Origin: Eledone cirrhosa
Lineage: Eukaryota
Direction of reading: 5' to 3'
Length of the DNA stretch: 64,000 nt
Assembly (NCBI GenBank): GCA_964016885.1
Contig: CAXHJY010001543.1
Span: 1-64,000 of the forward strand
The notes under the pieces are model-generated. The model made no database searches, was not told where the DNA came from, and saw only the letters and a list, made by a program, of their open reading frames with translations. Below are positions 16,291 through 30,396 of the stretch, piece by piece (position 1 is the first letter of the stretch; each line of letters opens with the position of its first letter). The translations under genes and the position numbers were made by a program.

Positions 16291-17230
16291 ATCATAAAAC
16301 ATGTCTATAGAATCACTAGATAAAATATATACCGTTTCCTCTCCCAATTAGCATAATTAACCATATAAAAAATCAATTAGACCAAGCTATAAGAATAAAG
16401 GCTCCTATGAAGAAATCTCCGACAAATAACCGAAAGCAACCTCTTCGCGGCGGTTACGACGGAGTATTTATCGAACATTTCGACAGCATGTATAAATCGA
16501 CCAGATATACAGTCAACTAAACAGAATTAGGTGTAAAATAAACTAGAAGAAATGTGTACATATTTAATTACCTCTACCATGGTTTCGTCCGTATTTTAAG
16601 ACATCCGATAACAGGGGATATCTAGAGCTTCGGATTCTTCAGGGGTTAGTTCAAATTTAGACAATTAATTTTCCAAAGTGATCGCGCCAAGAATACATTC
16701 AAAAATGGCTAAGAATCGTGACGTGGCAGCGGTCAAGTTAGAAAGGATGTGATTAGTTGCTTACGGCTGGTAGGCTTATTGCTAGAAAGCGCAGCCCAAT
16801 ACAGCCAAATTGTATCTCAACCTAACGGGAGATTATTACATATAAAGGTTCATATATATATATATATATAAAGTCATAGATATATATGTGTTTTGCAACG
16901 GGTCACGTTGTGGCTCAATGAAGAATTAATAAATTAAATAATCAGAGCTATATATCATAAAACATGTCTATAGAATCAGTAGATAAAATATATACCGTTT
17001 CCTCTCCCAATTAGCATAATTAACCATATAAAAAATCAATTAGACCAAGCTATATGAATAAAGGCTCCTATGAAGAAATCTCCGACAAATAACTGAAAGC
17101 AGCCCCTTTGACATGTTTTATGATATATAGCTCTGATTATTTAATTTATTAATTCTTCATTGAGCCACAACGTGACCCGTTGCAAAACACATATATATCT
17201 ATGACTTTATATATATATATGTAAACCTTT
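16291..17230 (-). mobile_element. Non-coding HHR element R663: 663-bp monomer + partial repeat + inverted arm, in (TA)n
   Basis: ATCATAAAACATGTCTATAG at 16291 and 16954; about 17110-17230 is the reverse complement of about 16843-16966. Confidence 0.82.
16570..16647 (-). ncRNA. Type I hammerhead ribozyme with extended stem II
   Basis: AACCC-CUGAAGA-AUCCG...AGAUAUCC/GGAUGUCU...CGGAC-GAAA-CCAUGG-UA-GAGGU; stem I is imperfect. Confidence 0.65.
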
Positions 17231-17346
17231 ATATATATATATATATAGTTTTGCGAGGTTTTTGATATTAAATCGTGTGTCGAAACAGAAACAATGAATG
17301 GAATAACAACAACACCCAAACAAACAACACTGACCTAAGAGAAGTA

Positions 17347-17381
<35 letters not shown>

Positions 17382-18089
17382 ATACATACACAAGCACAAT
17401 AACAACAAACACATATAAACACACACTAGTAAACTAAGATAGAATACATTAAGCAATACACAGTCACCCAAACAAGAACACGCATCAAACAAAACACTAT
17501 ACACAAAAGCATGTGCAGAGAAGACAAAAAAAATAAAATAAATAAATAAACAGACTAAATAAAGATGGCGTAAGCATACAATGCAACGGGAGGAAACATA
17601 ATAGCAACACTGACGATGTTGCAGATGTGCAACGAAAGAACTTTGATAGACTATATATGTGTTTGTGTCTATATTGTATCTGTATTTTTGACCGTTGGTC
17701 AGTCAATGGCAACATTGAGGACCGAATAAATTAAATTAACCGATATAAAAGACTCAGAAGCGAAAACCAACCAAACAGTGAGTGTGTTCTGTTATTAATT
17801 CTGGCAGTATTATTACACAAATATGACCCTCCCCAAGTATAACAATATATATATATACATATACACTAAGCTTTAGATTTAGTAGAATGTACAACCACTG
17901 ATTCCAGCTATTTGTACGCAAAGTATTGGGTTGTTAAGTATGAAATCTGTAGAAATTTGTTGTTTTTTTCTACACATCTCTACAAATTTGACACCCGACG
18001 ACCCAATAATAAAAAGCTAAAGCAGAAACTATCCACTGCAATAACTTTATGGATACCTAAATATGGAATGTTACGTGATGCCCCCCCAC

Positions 18090-19010
18090 CCCGCCACACA
18101 CACACAGCCCCGGCGGACAGGATGGAAAAGGCGTTCCCACGGAGGACGGCAAGGGAGACGCGCTGGAAAAGCTACTCCAACTCACGGGGTTCACACCTGC
18201 GGCTGGCCAGCTCAGCGCCTATGGTGGTGAGTAGAGAGGTAGCCCTAGTGCCGAGGACACCAGAAGTCTCTACTGCCAGGGGTACAACCGCAAACCTGTC
18301 GAAAACGACAGGTATTTGAGGAGCTTGGCTTCCTCAGCCCGACGTGCAGCAGAACCTGGGTTAGTCGCAGACTACACCAGGTTGCGGCTGCCTGAAAGTG
18401 TCGGTGCAAGTAGCATCCCAGACGAGGGGTTTGCCACCGCGGAACGGGAAGATGGTCATGCCATATGGCCTTTTGCCGTCCCCTCGGTCCATCCCCACCG
18501 GTTCGAGCTGGGAAGGGAAGCCCGCAGCGTCCAAGCCATGCTTTATGACCTCGTTGAGGACAGCATGGCGTGGAAGGTGGCCGGCACTGTGGCGACAGGA
18601 AAGCGGGTGGAGGCCGAAACGGTCCACGGTGGATCCGCAGCGACATTGGTGTGGGTCGCAGATCCGGAGGCCGAGCCTCAAGGAAACGCCGATGCGCAGG
18701 CTATTGTTGTCTAGCTGCGTTCCAGTGGAGAAGGAGGGCAGGGCACCACTGTGGGGTTTGGAGGCCGCACGACAGTAGGCAAGGCGATGCTGGTCGAGCT
18801 GGTGCGTGAGCCTGTCTGAGGCCAGGCTGCACTGGATGGCATCCCAAGTGCTTTGGGGGGACTTGACGTCAACAGGGGGAGAAGGAGGAGGGACGTCTAC
18901 TGGGTTAAGTCCCAGCCTGTCCCACGTCTCACAGGCGGCCTGATGTTCTCTGAATACAGAGGGTTCTATTGTGTTTTGAAGAACCCTGCTGACGAGGACG
19001 CGACACGAGG
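18090..19010 (-). mobile_element. CRE-like early-branched non-LTR retrotransposon, 3' part (CCHC knuckle + restriction-like endonuclease), frameshifted
   Basis: CRCG...GLHPLSC...RHAVLN...KRPYG.T.FPF..GKPLVWDATCTDT; in another frame VPLAVETSGVLG...LFQRVSLAVLRGNAFSIL. The catalytic PD reads PY. Confidence 0.82.
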
Positions 19011-19344
19011 TTATATAATATATTTTGGTTTCTATTAATTCCATGGGGTTGACCAAATGATTTGCTTAATTGTTTTATTTGTTTTGTTTTTTTATTTTAT
19101 TCTTTCTCTTAGATTTCAGGTATTTTTTGAAAGCAAAGCATTGGCCCCTAAAATACTACAGTGGGCTCTGCAAAGCTACTGTAGGCTCTTGCAATGCTAC
19201 CGTGGGCCATTGGACAATTGGACAACCTGGACAACCATTGGACAACCTGGCAACTTGTCCAGTCCGCCACTGCATACATGCATACATACATACATACATA
19301 CATACATACATACATACATACATACATACATACATACATACATA

Positions 19345-19445
19345 ATTGTTTCTACTATTGGCGCAAGGCCAGCAATTACCCAGTGCATTACTGGTACTTT
19401 ATTTTATCGACACTGTAAGGATGAAAGGCAAAGTTAACCTCGGCG
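19345..19445 (-). mobile_element. SINE S1, 3' half
   Basis: S1 central domain and tail. Confidence 0.8.
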
Positions 19446-19479
19446 TGGCCGTCAACTCATTAGACGAGTAAGGCCATTA

Positions 19480-19760
19480 TTGACAAATAATATACCTCTG
19501 TTGGTGGTTGAGAGCCCTGCAATGGCTTTTAAAGTCTGCTAGGGAATTCCATAAAATGCATTGGAATTCATTCCTTCCATCATTCGGCTCTTCATTCTTA
19601 TCCGGACCATGATTGCGTATTTTTAAAAGCCTTGTAAGTCCTGACTTATTTGGAAATTCTCTGCCACATGTACCACATGTCAAATGAGTTTGCAAGGAAC
19701 TGATCATATTCGACCGGTGGCCTTTCTGTGTGCTTCCGTGGGTGAATCGTATATCCAACT
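19480..19760 (-). pseudogene. Decayed C2H2 zinc-finger-like coding remnant, probably a LINE C-terminus
   Basis: TCGTCGREFPNKSGLTRLLK and FQC...SLADFKSHCRA; ligand residues are partly lost. Confidence 0.45.
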
Positions 19761-20491
19761 TTGGGTAGGAATATTCGATCATATACATTGCATAAAACTG
19801 AGGAATATTCGTACATACATACATATATAATACAACCATACATACATGCATACATACACACATGTACATAATACAACCGCACATACATACACACATACAT
19901 AATACAACCATACATACATGCATACATACACACATATGCATAATTCAACCATACATATATACACACATACATAATATAACCATATATACATACGTACATA
20001 CGTACATACATACATACATAATACATACATACATACATACATACATACATACATACATACATACATACACACATACATAATACAACCATATATACATACA
20101 TACGTACATACGTACATACATACATTTACGTACATACACACATACATACACACATACATACATGCATACATGCATACACACAGAAAAACAGACAGGTAGA
20201 CAAACAGACATACATACACGTTTCACATAACATATATACATACATAAAAGAAGGAAATTGTTTTGAAATTTAAAATGATGGAATTTTGGCAGAATCTTTT
20301 CACGTTTGAATCACGACAATCAATACTATGAACGCTGGGATTGGAAGATGGAAGAAAGCCAAAAATCCAAAGAGCCTGCTGAAATGTCAACAGCTCTCTA
20401 TGTATCTGTTTAGATGCAACTTTTTCTCTATTGTTCTACTGTTTATTCCACATACCTTTGTTACAATTTCCATTGCTTGTTTTGATGCAGT

Positions 20492-21350
20492 CTTATTTTA
20501 CGCTATTTTATACTATTTTATACTATTTTATACTATTTTACAGTATTTTACAGTATTTTGTAGTATTGTACAATATATTAGTATATTTTACAATGTTTCA
20601 CAGTATTTTACACTATTTTATATTATTATACAATATTCTTCACTATTGTACATTATTGTACAATATTTTACATTCTACACTATATTACACTAATTTAAAG
20701 TATTATACACATTTTACACTATTTTAAAGTAAACACATTTTACACTATGTTAAAGTATTATACACATTTTACACTGTTTTAAAGTAGTAAACACATTTTA
20801 CACTATTTTACGGTATTTTAAAGCGTTTTACATTATTCTACAATATTTTACAATAATTTACAATGTATTATTCTAAATATTATTCTAAATTATTTAAAAT
20901 ATGTTAGTATAGTATACTATATTTCACATTATTTTACACTATTTTAAATTACCATACACATTTTACTCTCTTTTGTAGTATTTTACAATATTTTGCGCTA
21001 TTTTACACTATTTTAAAATATTATACACTATTTTAAATTATTTTAAAGTATTTTACATTATTTTATACTACTGTATTTAGTAGTATTTTACAATATTGTA
21101 CACAATTTAACAATATTTTACAGTATTGTACTGTATTGTACACTAATGTACACTAATGTACAGTATTGTACACTAATGTAGACTAATGTACACTATTGTA
21201 CACTAGTATAGTATTTTATAATATTGTACACTATTGGACATTATTGTACATTATCGTACAGTATTGTACAATATTGTACATTAATATATATATGTTTTAT
21301 GCAGTGTTGCAAACTATTGTACATTATGGTACAGCATGTTACAGTATTTT
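20492..21350. repeat. Cryptic 10-11-bp AT-rich tandem array (TATTTTACAC/TATTGTACAC)
   Basis: Directly visible degenerate periodicity. Confidence 0.85.
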
Positions 21351-21559
21351 ATATTTTGGAGCTTTTTATACTTTTTTCTCAATTTTGCACAAAATTTCGT
21401 CCTCGTTTTAGCTCTGATCGAATTTTTTAGTTTCACTTGGAAAAGAGGATGTGGGTGGAGAAAAAGGTGCTTTCTTCCAGCAAATTTACAAAAGAAAATG
21501 TGTGAAATAGCCAAAATGGTAAGAGTGAACGAGTCTGTTTTCAGCTTTTGCCTCTAGAT

Positions 21560-21803
21560 CGGACAACGATAGTTCGGTAAAGGCCCTCACCCTTCGCTGA
21601 TCAGCGTAAAGAGGATCTGCAGGGTTCCTCAATTGGCTTTAGGTATTCAGCTGTATGTACCAGGCGGACTGAATGCCTTATCTAATTGTACGTTATATAT
21701 ACCTAACTTTATACTTGTTACCCGTTCTCTCATTTCTATGTAAACCCCACATCTTAATGTTGTAACTTTTCTTCAGCCGGTGCCCTTGTGGCAAATAAAA
21801 GAA
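21560..21803 (+). mobile_element. 3' end of a Tx1-like LINE
   Basis: Ends GCCCTTGTGGCAAATAAAAGAAA, the same terminus as the minus-strand LINE ends at about 26260-26330 and 50917-50940. Confidence 0.55.
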
Positions 21804-21849
21804 ACCATTATTATTATCATTATTATTGTTATTGTTATTGCTGTTACTT

Positions 21850-22380
21850 AGCGGTGGAAGGGCAGAATCGGTTGAGCGTCGGACAACATGCTTTGTGACA
21901 CATACTTACGGCTTTTTACGTTCTGTGTTTAAATCTCGTTGAAGCTAGCTTTGCCTTTTACGGGGTCGATAAAATAAAGTACCAGTAATACATTAGGGGC
22001 AACTTTCACTCTACCCTTCCCACCAAAAACGTTGTTGGATTTCTGCCTAAATCAAAAACAATTATTAATATTTCCTCATTCTAAAGTTATGGCCCTTTAC
22101 GTTCTGGGTTCAAATCCCGCCGAGGTCTGCTTTGCCTTTCATCTTTACAGGGTAGATAAAATAAAGCACCAGCAATACGCTGGGGGTAATTGCTGGCATT
22201 CTGCCTAAATCAGAAACCGTCGGACGTCATGCTTTGCAACATAGAGTTACGGCCCTTTACGGTCTGAGTTCAAACCCCGCCGAAGTTAACTTTGCCTTTC
22301 ATCCTTACGGGGGTTGATAAAATAAAGTACCAGTAATGCACTGGGGTAATTGCTGGCCTTTTTGTCAAAAGTAGAAACCA
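21850..22380 (+). mobile_element. Three tandem SINE S1 copies
   Basis: Repeated B-box and S1 central domain. Confidence 0.82.
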
Positions 22381-23271
22381 TTATTAATATTTCATTATCC
22401 TAATCATCATCATTGTTGCGGTTGTTTTGTTTTATTTTGATAGTTTTAGATCCATGTGATATTTCTGCTGTTACTAGTCCAAAATATTCCATTTCTCCCC
22501 ATAAAATGTCATTAAACACATCTGTCATAAACTGTACTTTATTTCTACCTCTCATTCTTTCTCTCTTCTTGTGTTGGGTGAGAAGTTAGGGATGCGAGAC
22601 ATTGCTCAATATTTACAAATACTGCGGAAATCTTCCAGATTTTTATAGTTCTTTCTCTATTTCTTTCATCGAATTTTTCTTCTTCCTTTCTTTCATATCT
22701 TTGTTTTTTTAACTTTTTCTTCTTTTCCCTTTCTTTCTTTTTTCTTTCTTTCCTATCTTTCTTTCTCTTCCTTTATTTTCTATCTTTCTTTCTTCTTCCT
22801 TTATTTTTCCTCTCTTTCTTTCCTTCACAACTTTTCATCTTGTATTCTTGCATTTTTTCTTTCTTCTTATTTCTTCTTCATTTTTGGTGTTTTTTCTTCA
22901 TTCCATTCCTTCATTCGTTCCACCTTTTCTTCTTTTTTCGTTCGTCTTTTCTTTCTCGTAATATTTTTCTTTCTTTTTTCTTATTCCACATTTTTATTAT
23001 CATATTTTCTATCCTTAAATTCTTTCTTCCTCTTTTCCTTTCCTTTCTTCACGTTTATTTATTCGACCTTTATATTCTTCTTTTTTCTTTCTTTACTTCC
23101 TTGTATTTTCTTTCCTTGTTTTACTTCTTTTCTTCCATATATTTTCCTTTCTATTTTCTCACAATAGTGTTCCCCATTCACTCCAACACTGTCCCTTACA
23201 ATACCATATTAATAGACGACGAGTGTGTGTGTGTATATATATACATATGTATGTATTATGTATGTATGTAT

Positions 23272-23316
<45 letters not shown>

Positions 23317-23559
23317 TGTATGTATATATATATATATAAATACATATTAACGTACATACATACATTCTGCTCTTCTGTTATACACGTGTTTAGGTGTGTA
23401 TAATCAGACATTGAGGATATATAACGTACAATATTGCAAATATAGGTATTTGTCAACCAATAGTCTATTTGTATTTCTATGCAATTCTCTCTCACCCTCT
23501 CTCTCTATATATATATGTGCATATATATATATATGTATGTATATATATGCATACACATT

Positions 23560-23618
<59 letters not shown>

Positions 23619-23666
23619 CGTGTGTGTGTATGTATGTATATGCATACTCATTTATATATACATGTG

Positions 23667-23736
<70 letters not shown>

Positions 23737-23779
23737 AATAATGGAGCTGCGGCGTTGCAAATGGGTTACATATAAAAAA

Positions 23780-23887
23780 GTGAGTCCTTCATCAGTGACC
23801 CTCCAACCGTCCTAGGCATTTCATCGCTTTAAGGGCCATATACCTCAGGTTGGTGCGAACAACGGCTAAAAAAAGTCGTTGGGACAC
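23780..23887 (-). ncRNA. Candidate non-circularly permuted (substrate-GAAA-CUGAUGA order) hammerhead ribozyme
   Basis: AGGUAU-A-UGGCCCU ... U-GAA-AUGCCU ... AGGGUCA-CUGAUGA-A; stems III and I pair, and the helices covary with the copy at 52988-53092. Confidence 0.75.
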
Positions 23888-24527
23888 GTAAATAAAGAGA
23901 ACGTTAGGGTGAACAAACAAAATGGTTTAAGCAACAGAAAGTGAGAAGAAAGAGACAAGTCCCAGATTTCTATGAATATAAACTCGATAAAATCGTGAAC
24001 TAGAGAATAAAGACCATCAGACCTGGTTGAAATGTGAGCAAGGAAGGAATTTCGCACAGGTCTAACGGGGGGAAGAAGAAGGGGTCTGGTCTGCGAATTC
24101 GGTAAACATAAGTTCTGTGAAGACGCAGACGAGAGAGAGAGAGAAAAAAAATTTCATACCGGCTTGGCCAAGAGTGCGCGAGAAAAGAAATCGGACAGGT
24201 CAAGCGGGAAGAAAGAGGAGAGGAGGAGAGGTAGTGACAGGGTATGAGTGAGTGAAAGTTGAGGAAGAGGCTAACAGAGAGAGAGACTGCTAGAAAGGGT
24301 AAAGATACAAAGAACGAAACAGACGGGTGGCAGCAGAGGAAAAAATATATGTGTAAATATGATAATAATGGAGCTGCGGCGTTGCAAATGGGTTACATAT
24401 AAAAAAGTGAGTCCTTCATCAGTGACCCTCCAACCGTCCTAGGCATTTTCTGGGACTTGTCTCTTTCTTCTCACTTTCTGTTGCTTAAACCATTTTGTTT
24501 GTTCACCCTAACGTTCTCTTTATTTAC

Positions 24528-24734
<207 letters not shown>

Positions 24735-24787
24735 CATACATATATATATACATACATATATATATATACATATATAAATATATACAC

Positions 24788-24830
<43 letters not shown>

Positions 24831-24841
24831 TGATGTTTATG

Positions 24842-24874
<33 letters not shown>

Positions 24875-24956
24875 ATATTACACATACACACGCACACACA
24901 AACACACACGCATATATATATATATACATACATATGTATGTGTATATTTATCTTTA

Positions 24957-24988
<32 letters not shown>

Positions 24989-25190
24989 CATTATATGCAT
25001 ACGTAGATATAAATGGCTTCACGAATACAACATGAATTGAACAATATACATTTACAATTATTAAATACCTGTAATAGTCTTGGGCGAATGTTTCATTTTT
25101 ATCGATTCACATCTTCCACGAACTATTCTGTGATAAAAGAAAACCAAACACCTTCCCACTGGAACTCTCCCAGAAAGACTTTACTTTCAT

Positions 25191-25759
<569 letters not shown>

Positions 25760-25763
<4 letters not shown>

Positions 25764-26048
25764 AAAAAAAGATAAAATCGAAAATGCAACTGGAGTCTTA
25801 TTTTTTAAAAAAATATATATATTTATTTGATTCCTTTACCGGTTTCGCAGTTCTTCTGCTTTTCAAAAGTAGAGTCGAGATGGTGGGTCTGTGGTTGTTC
25901 TCACATGTGAGATGTGAGAAAAATAAATATATATATATTTTTTTTTAAAATAATACTCCAGTTGCATTTTCGATTTCATCTTTTTTTCTTTATACTTTCA
26001 CTCGTGTAGGACACCTCGGTTATTTTTCATTTTGTAAAAAAACCTCAC

Positions 26049-26055
<7 letters not shown>
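25760..26055. mobile_element. Short inverted HHR element (family U) in (TA)n
   Basis: About 25760-25828 and 25921-25991 are inverted repeats; the left arm is also found at 58818-58948. Confidence 0.8.
25833..25870 (-). ncRNA. Minimal hammerhead with U3-A8 core variant
   Basis: ACUU-UUGAAAA-GCAG AAGAA CUGC-GAAA-CCGG-UA-AAGG. Confidence 0.7.
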
Positions 26056-26128
<73 letters not shown>

Positions 26129-26150
26129 ATATATATAAATATATATATAT

Positions 26151-26217
<67 letters not shown>

Positions 26218-26257
26218 ACTAAATAGATAGATAGGTAGATGAATAAAGAGATAGATA

Positions 26258-26680
26258 TATTTCTTTTATTTGCCACTAGGGCATCAAAAGTGGGACATAG
26301 ATATGTTTCTTTTATTTGCCACCAGGGCATCAAAAGTGGGACAAGTACAATGGGGGGAGTTTACAAATCAAGGCGTCCTCAATAAGGAGGAGGCAATAAC
26401 AATATATAAAAATAAAATAAAATATAACAAAAAATAAAATTTATAACCAAGTCCTCAATAGAGAGGAGGCGCCTTGGGGGGTCGCACACACCCCCGAAAA
26501 AAAGTGTGCAACCCTTTTCCTCAGGAGCACAGAGAAGGGGTGCTCCCTTGGTCTTTCATCTTCCTCACCTATAGCCATTCTCGCCACTTTCACCCATCTT
26601 TCATAAAAACGGCTGGGGTGCAGCACCTCTCTCTCCATCCTGATCCTTCTTCCGAAATGATATCGGAAGAAACGGACCAG
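26258..26680 (-). mobile_element. Tx1/L1-clade LINE 3' fragment within (TATC)n
   Basis: [15 protein letters not shown] resembles EREALHPSKFTERWV at the end of the 51143-51919 ORF; same 3' terminus (duplicated here); (AGAT)n on both flanks. Confidence 0.75.
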
Positions 26681-26699
26681 TAGATAGATAGATAAATAG

Positions 26700-26797
<98 letters not shown>

Positions 26798-26805
26798 ATA
26801 GATAA

Positions 26806-26877
<72 letters not shown>

Positions 26878-27085
26878 ATAGATATAAGTACCGTTTCTGA
26901 ATTAAAAACCTTCACTGTGAAAAGAATGAAGTGATTTGTAAACACTTTCAACTATCCCTTAATATACAGGAAAAGATAAGAGATTCTCTTCATACGTATG
27001 TCTGAGACTTTTGTCTTCTCCTTAGAAAGTAACTACCTCGAAGATTCTATGGAAATATTATTATAGCAACACCTTATATATATAT

Positions 27086-27284
27086 AACGAAGGAAATGTG
27101 GTAAGGAACCAGATGGACCATAACGCACCAAAGTACTCAATACTTAGGGTAGTAGAGTGGGTAATAGGAACGAGTAGGACCCCGACGGCTGAGTTCAAGC
27201 CGTTTCGACGGCTAATTCTGAACTAATCCAGAATTAGCCGTCGAAACGGCTTGAGCTCAGCCGTCGGGGTCCTACTCGTTCCTA
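27086..27284. mobile_element. Short palindromic element with 5'-truncated HHR (family G) in (TA)n
   Basis: About 27164-27220 and 27228-27284 are inverted; contains GAAA-CGGC UUGAGCUCA GCCG-UC-GGGGUCC. A second copy is at 47676-47889. Confidence 0.75.
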
Positions 27285-27296
27285 TATATATATATA

Positions 27297-27916
27297 CTAG
27301 CCGAATTACCGGCGCCTTGCTGCGTGTCACACATTTTTTTTTTTTTGTAAGAAAATGATGATTGATTTTAAATCAGTGATATAATTTATGGAGAAAAACT
27401 CTGCATTTCAATATTACTCAATGTAAAATGTAATGCATGAAAAATTGGAAAACATTATTTTTTTGTAATATACCAAATAAAAATTACACTATTAAAGCTT
27501 ATTCTTATTTTGTTTGTTGTAAATAATTTTTTTAAAAATATCAATTCAAAAGTTGATCATTTCATTTTTGTGTAAAGCATTATTTTATTTGGGCTTCCAA
27601 AATTTTCACTATAGAGAGTTTAACACCCATTAGGGTGTCTTGATATTATTGAAATTTGCTGAAATTTTGTGAATAGGCATCATATCTTGTAATTTACCTA
27701 TGGTTTAATTTTCATATAAATCAAAGGGAAAAAGTTTTCAGCGGGGGTTTATGACCCCGGCGAACCCTTTGATTAAAATGAAATACACTTATCCAAGTAC
27801 CCTGGGCAATGTAGTTTCAGAATATATATGGTTATGAGAGTCTATCTCCAAAACGATTGGAGTAGTTCGTGAACAAACAAACAAACAGAAAGGAACTACA
27901 ACTTTATATATATAGA
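27297..27916 (-). mobile_element. Non-autonomous Helitron
   Basis: Minus strand begins A|TCTATATATATAAAG, has (TGTT)n near the 5' end and ends in a GC-rich subterminal stretch + CTAG|T. Confidence 0.7.
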
Positions 27917-29015
27917 TATATATATAATCTCGAGCTTAGACTCATCAGGCCACTGCTTCTCCCGGTTTCCGTAACGTTAAGTGACTGAGAATACAAGACT
28001 TCCCTCTTGACATGACGCCAGTCCATCGCAGGATCAACCTCTCAGTTATTGCTGGTAATCATTTTCAGCTGAATATACTAAAGCAGTGTGAAGTGAAGTG
28101 TTTTGCTAAAGAACACAATATAATCGCCATCGATCATGACTTGATAGTAGGTTCCATGCTTTCGCTAAGGGTTTTAGGTGTCCATGCAGTCGCCAGTAGA
28201 CACAGATGTTCACTCGACTCATATTCCCTTTATCCAGTGAAATATCCTGCATGTGCCCGCTACAAGGAGAAAGGGTTCACCAGTACAGTACTGATATTTT
28301 CTTTATCGATCCCAAAAGGATGAAAAGCAAAGTAAACCTTGACGGGAATTTGAACTCAGAACACGGAAACCCGGATCAATATCTAATATAACCAAATCGA
28401 CCAAACCAACAGCAAGCCTAAACAAGCCACAATCACACTACAGAAAATAAAATCACCCAGTTAAATAAAAATTAAATCCCTAATAGGAAAACCTATTGTA
28501 CCAGAGCCTCTTCAACAGAGATCTTAGTCCACACAATATCAATGTTAAGATACACCATATGTAATTTTCCTTTATACAACCCTACCAATAACTAAATATA
28601 ACATACATTAAGTAGCCAAAAACACAACACACAAAATACAATTATGTAATGCCCTAATATCCTCAATTTTATCAAAAGAACAACCCTCCATACCAGAGCC
28701 CTTTCAACAGGGATTTTAGTCCATCAGAAGCCTAATACAATATATGTAATTTTTCCTCACACAATATCACCCCAAAATTAAATTATAAGCCTATACTAGC
28801 CAAAACACACCACACAAAATACAATAACTAAGTTGAATAAAATTAGAATTGGAATTAAAACCACAAGAGAAAAGCCCCTTTATAGGAAACAGCAGAAAAC
28901 GTGACTTACCCTATAATCTACCTGAAAAGATGTGTTACTGTGTAGAGTTTCAACTATTTAGGTACAAAACGTCGGCCGACAACTTGAAACATACATAGAT
29001 ACATTTATTTATATA

Positions 29016-29083
<68 letters not shown>

Positions 29084-29595
29084 TATATATATATACATAC
29101 ACATATACATATGTATATATGTATATATATATGTGTGTGTGTGCACATATAAATCTATGTATGTATATATATATATACATAGTTACATGACGGCTTTTCA
29201 TGTTATAAGAAAGGATGAATTTATTCCGTTTAAAATACATGACAATCGTGATAGAGTCTCGTACACAACAATCAAAACTATTGAATTAGTTGATTTCCAT
29301 ATAGGCAAGCAATGTTCCCTTAACCTATTGAAACATTCTTCACATAATCTTAACCTAAAATTCCGATACTAATCCTTCAGATTTTTCGCTCTATTCTAAG
29401 AATATGACAATGCTTAAGATTGTGGTTTTCAATAGTTCCTGAGTGGCTTATAATAAGGGTGTGGTTAACCTATGTCAGGTCTCTCCCTTCTTAAGGCCAT
29501 TCTTCTTCGAAGGTTCAGGTATTTTTTCACCTGACAATAATTGCCTTTCAACCCAACATAAGCCTGTGAGGGTTTATATTTCTCTACCCATGTAT

Positions 29596-29725
<130 letters not shown>

Positions 29726-29839
29726 TTATTATATATATATATGTGTGTGTATGCTTATATATCTATCTATAGGATGACTATATACATACGTATATATATG
29801 GGTGCATGTGTATGCGTGTGTGTGCCGGCGTGCATACGA

Positions 29840-29893
<54 letters not shown>

Positions 29894-30027
29894 CAATGAG
29901 TTATTTAATTTGTTGATTATTCAACAAATTTAATCTATAACAGATTAGAAGCACTCAACAATATTCTTTTGGAGTATAATATCAATAATATTAATAAATG
30001 GAAGCTATCTTTATAAAACCATATTTA

Positions 30028-30084
30028 TTTTATTATACATATTTCAAGGGTACCAACATTTTGTTACGCTCTCATCAGATAAAA
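30028..30084 (-). ncRNA. Minimal type I hammerhead ribozyme
   Basis: UUUUAU-CUGAUGA-GAGCGUAACAAAAUGUUGGUACCCUU-GAAA-UAUGUA-UA-AUAAAA. Confidence 0.65.
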
Positions 30085-30221
30085 TACAAAAATTGGTTTA
30101 CAGATAGTGACATATTCAGACAAGAACTTAATGTTCTGAGTTCTATTTGAATAGTCAAATAGAACTCCCAACATTAAGTTCTTGTCTGAATATGTCACTA
30201 TCTGTAAACCAACTTTTGTAT

Positions 30222-30278
30222 TTTTATCTGATGAGAGCGTACCACAATTTTGGTACCTTTGAAATATATATAATAAAA
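30222..30278 (+). ncRNA. Minimal type I hammerhead ribozyme
   Basis: UUUUAU-CUGAUGA-GAGC GUACCA CAAUUU UGGUAC CUUU-GAAA-UAUAUA-UA-AUAAAA. Confidence 0.75.
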
Positions 30279-30313
30279 TAAATATGGTTTTTAATAAAAA
30301 TAGCTTCCATTTA

Positions 30314-30396
<83 letters not shown>

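Larger units (their letters stand above)
29891..30322. mobile_element. Palindromic HHR element in (TA)n
   Basis: About 29986-30150 and 30155-30322 are near-perfect inverted arms, each with an HHR. Confidence 0.85.

Noticed and set aside
23800-23870. SECIS-like reading (UGA...AA...GA) of the conserved motif in R627/R533
   Set aside because: Helix II does not pair in SECIS register and one copy has CUGA rather than RUGA; the permuted hammerhead explains far more covariation.
27938-28035. GAAAC...CUGAUGAG on minus (also about 32570-32600 on +)
   Set aside because: No stem I or cleavage triplet can be formed; it is part of a SINE tail.
28498-28830. Diverged approximately 192-bp tandem duplication with UUGAAGA on minus
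   Set aside because: No GAAA or stem arrangement, and the motif is not kept in the second unit.
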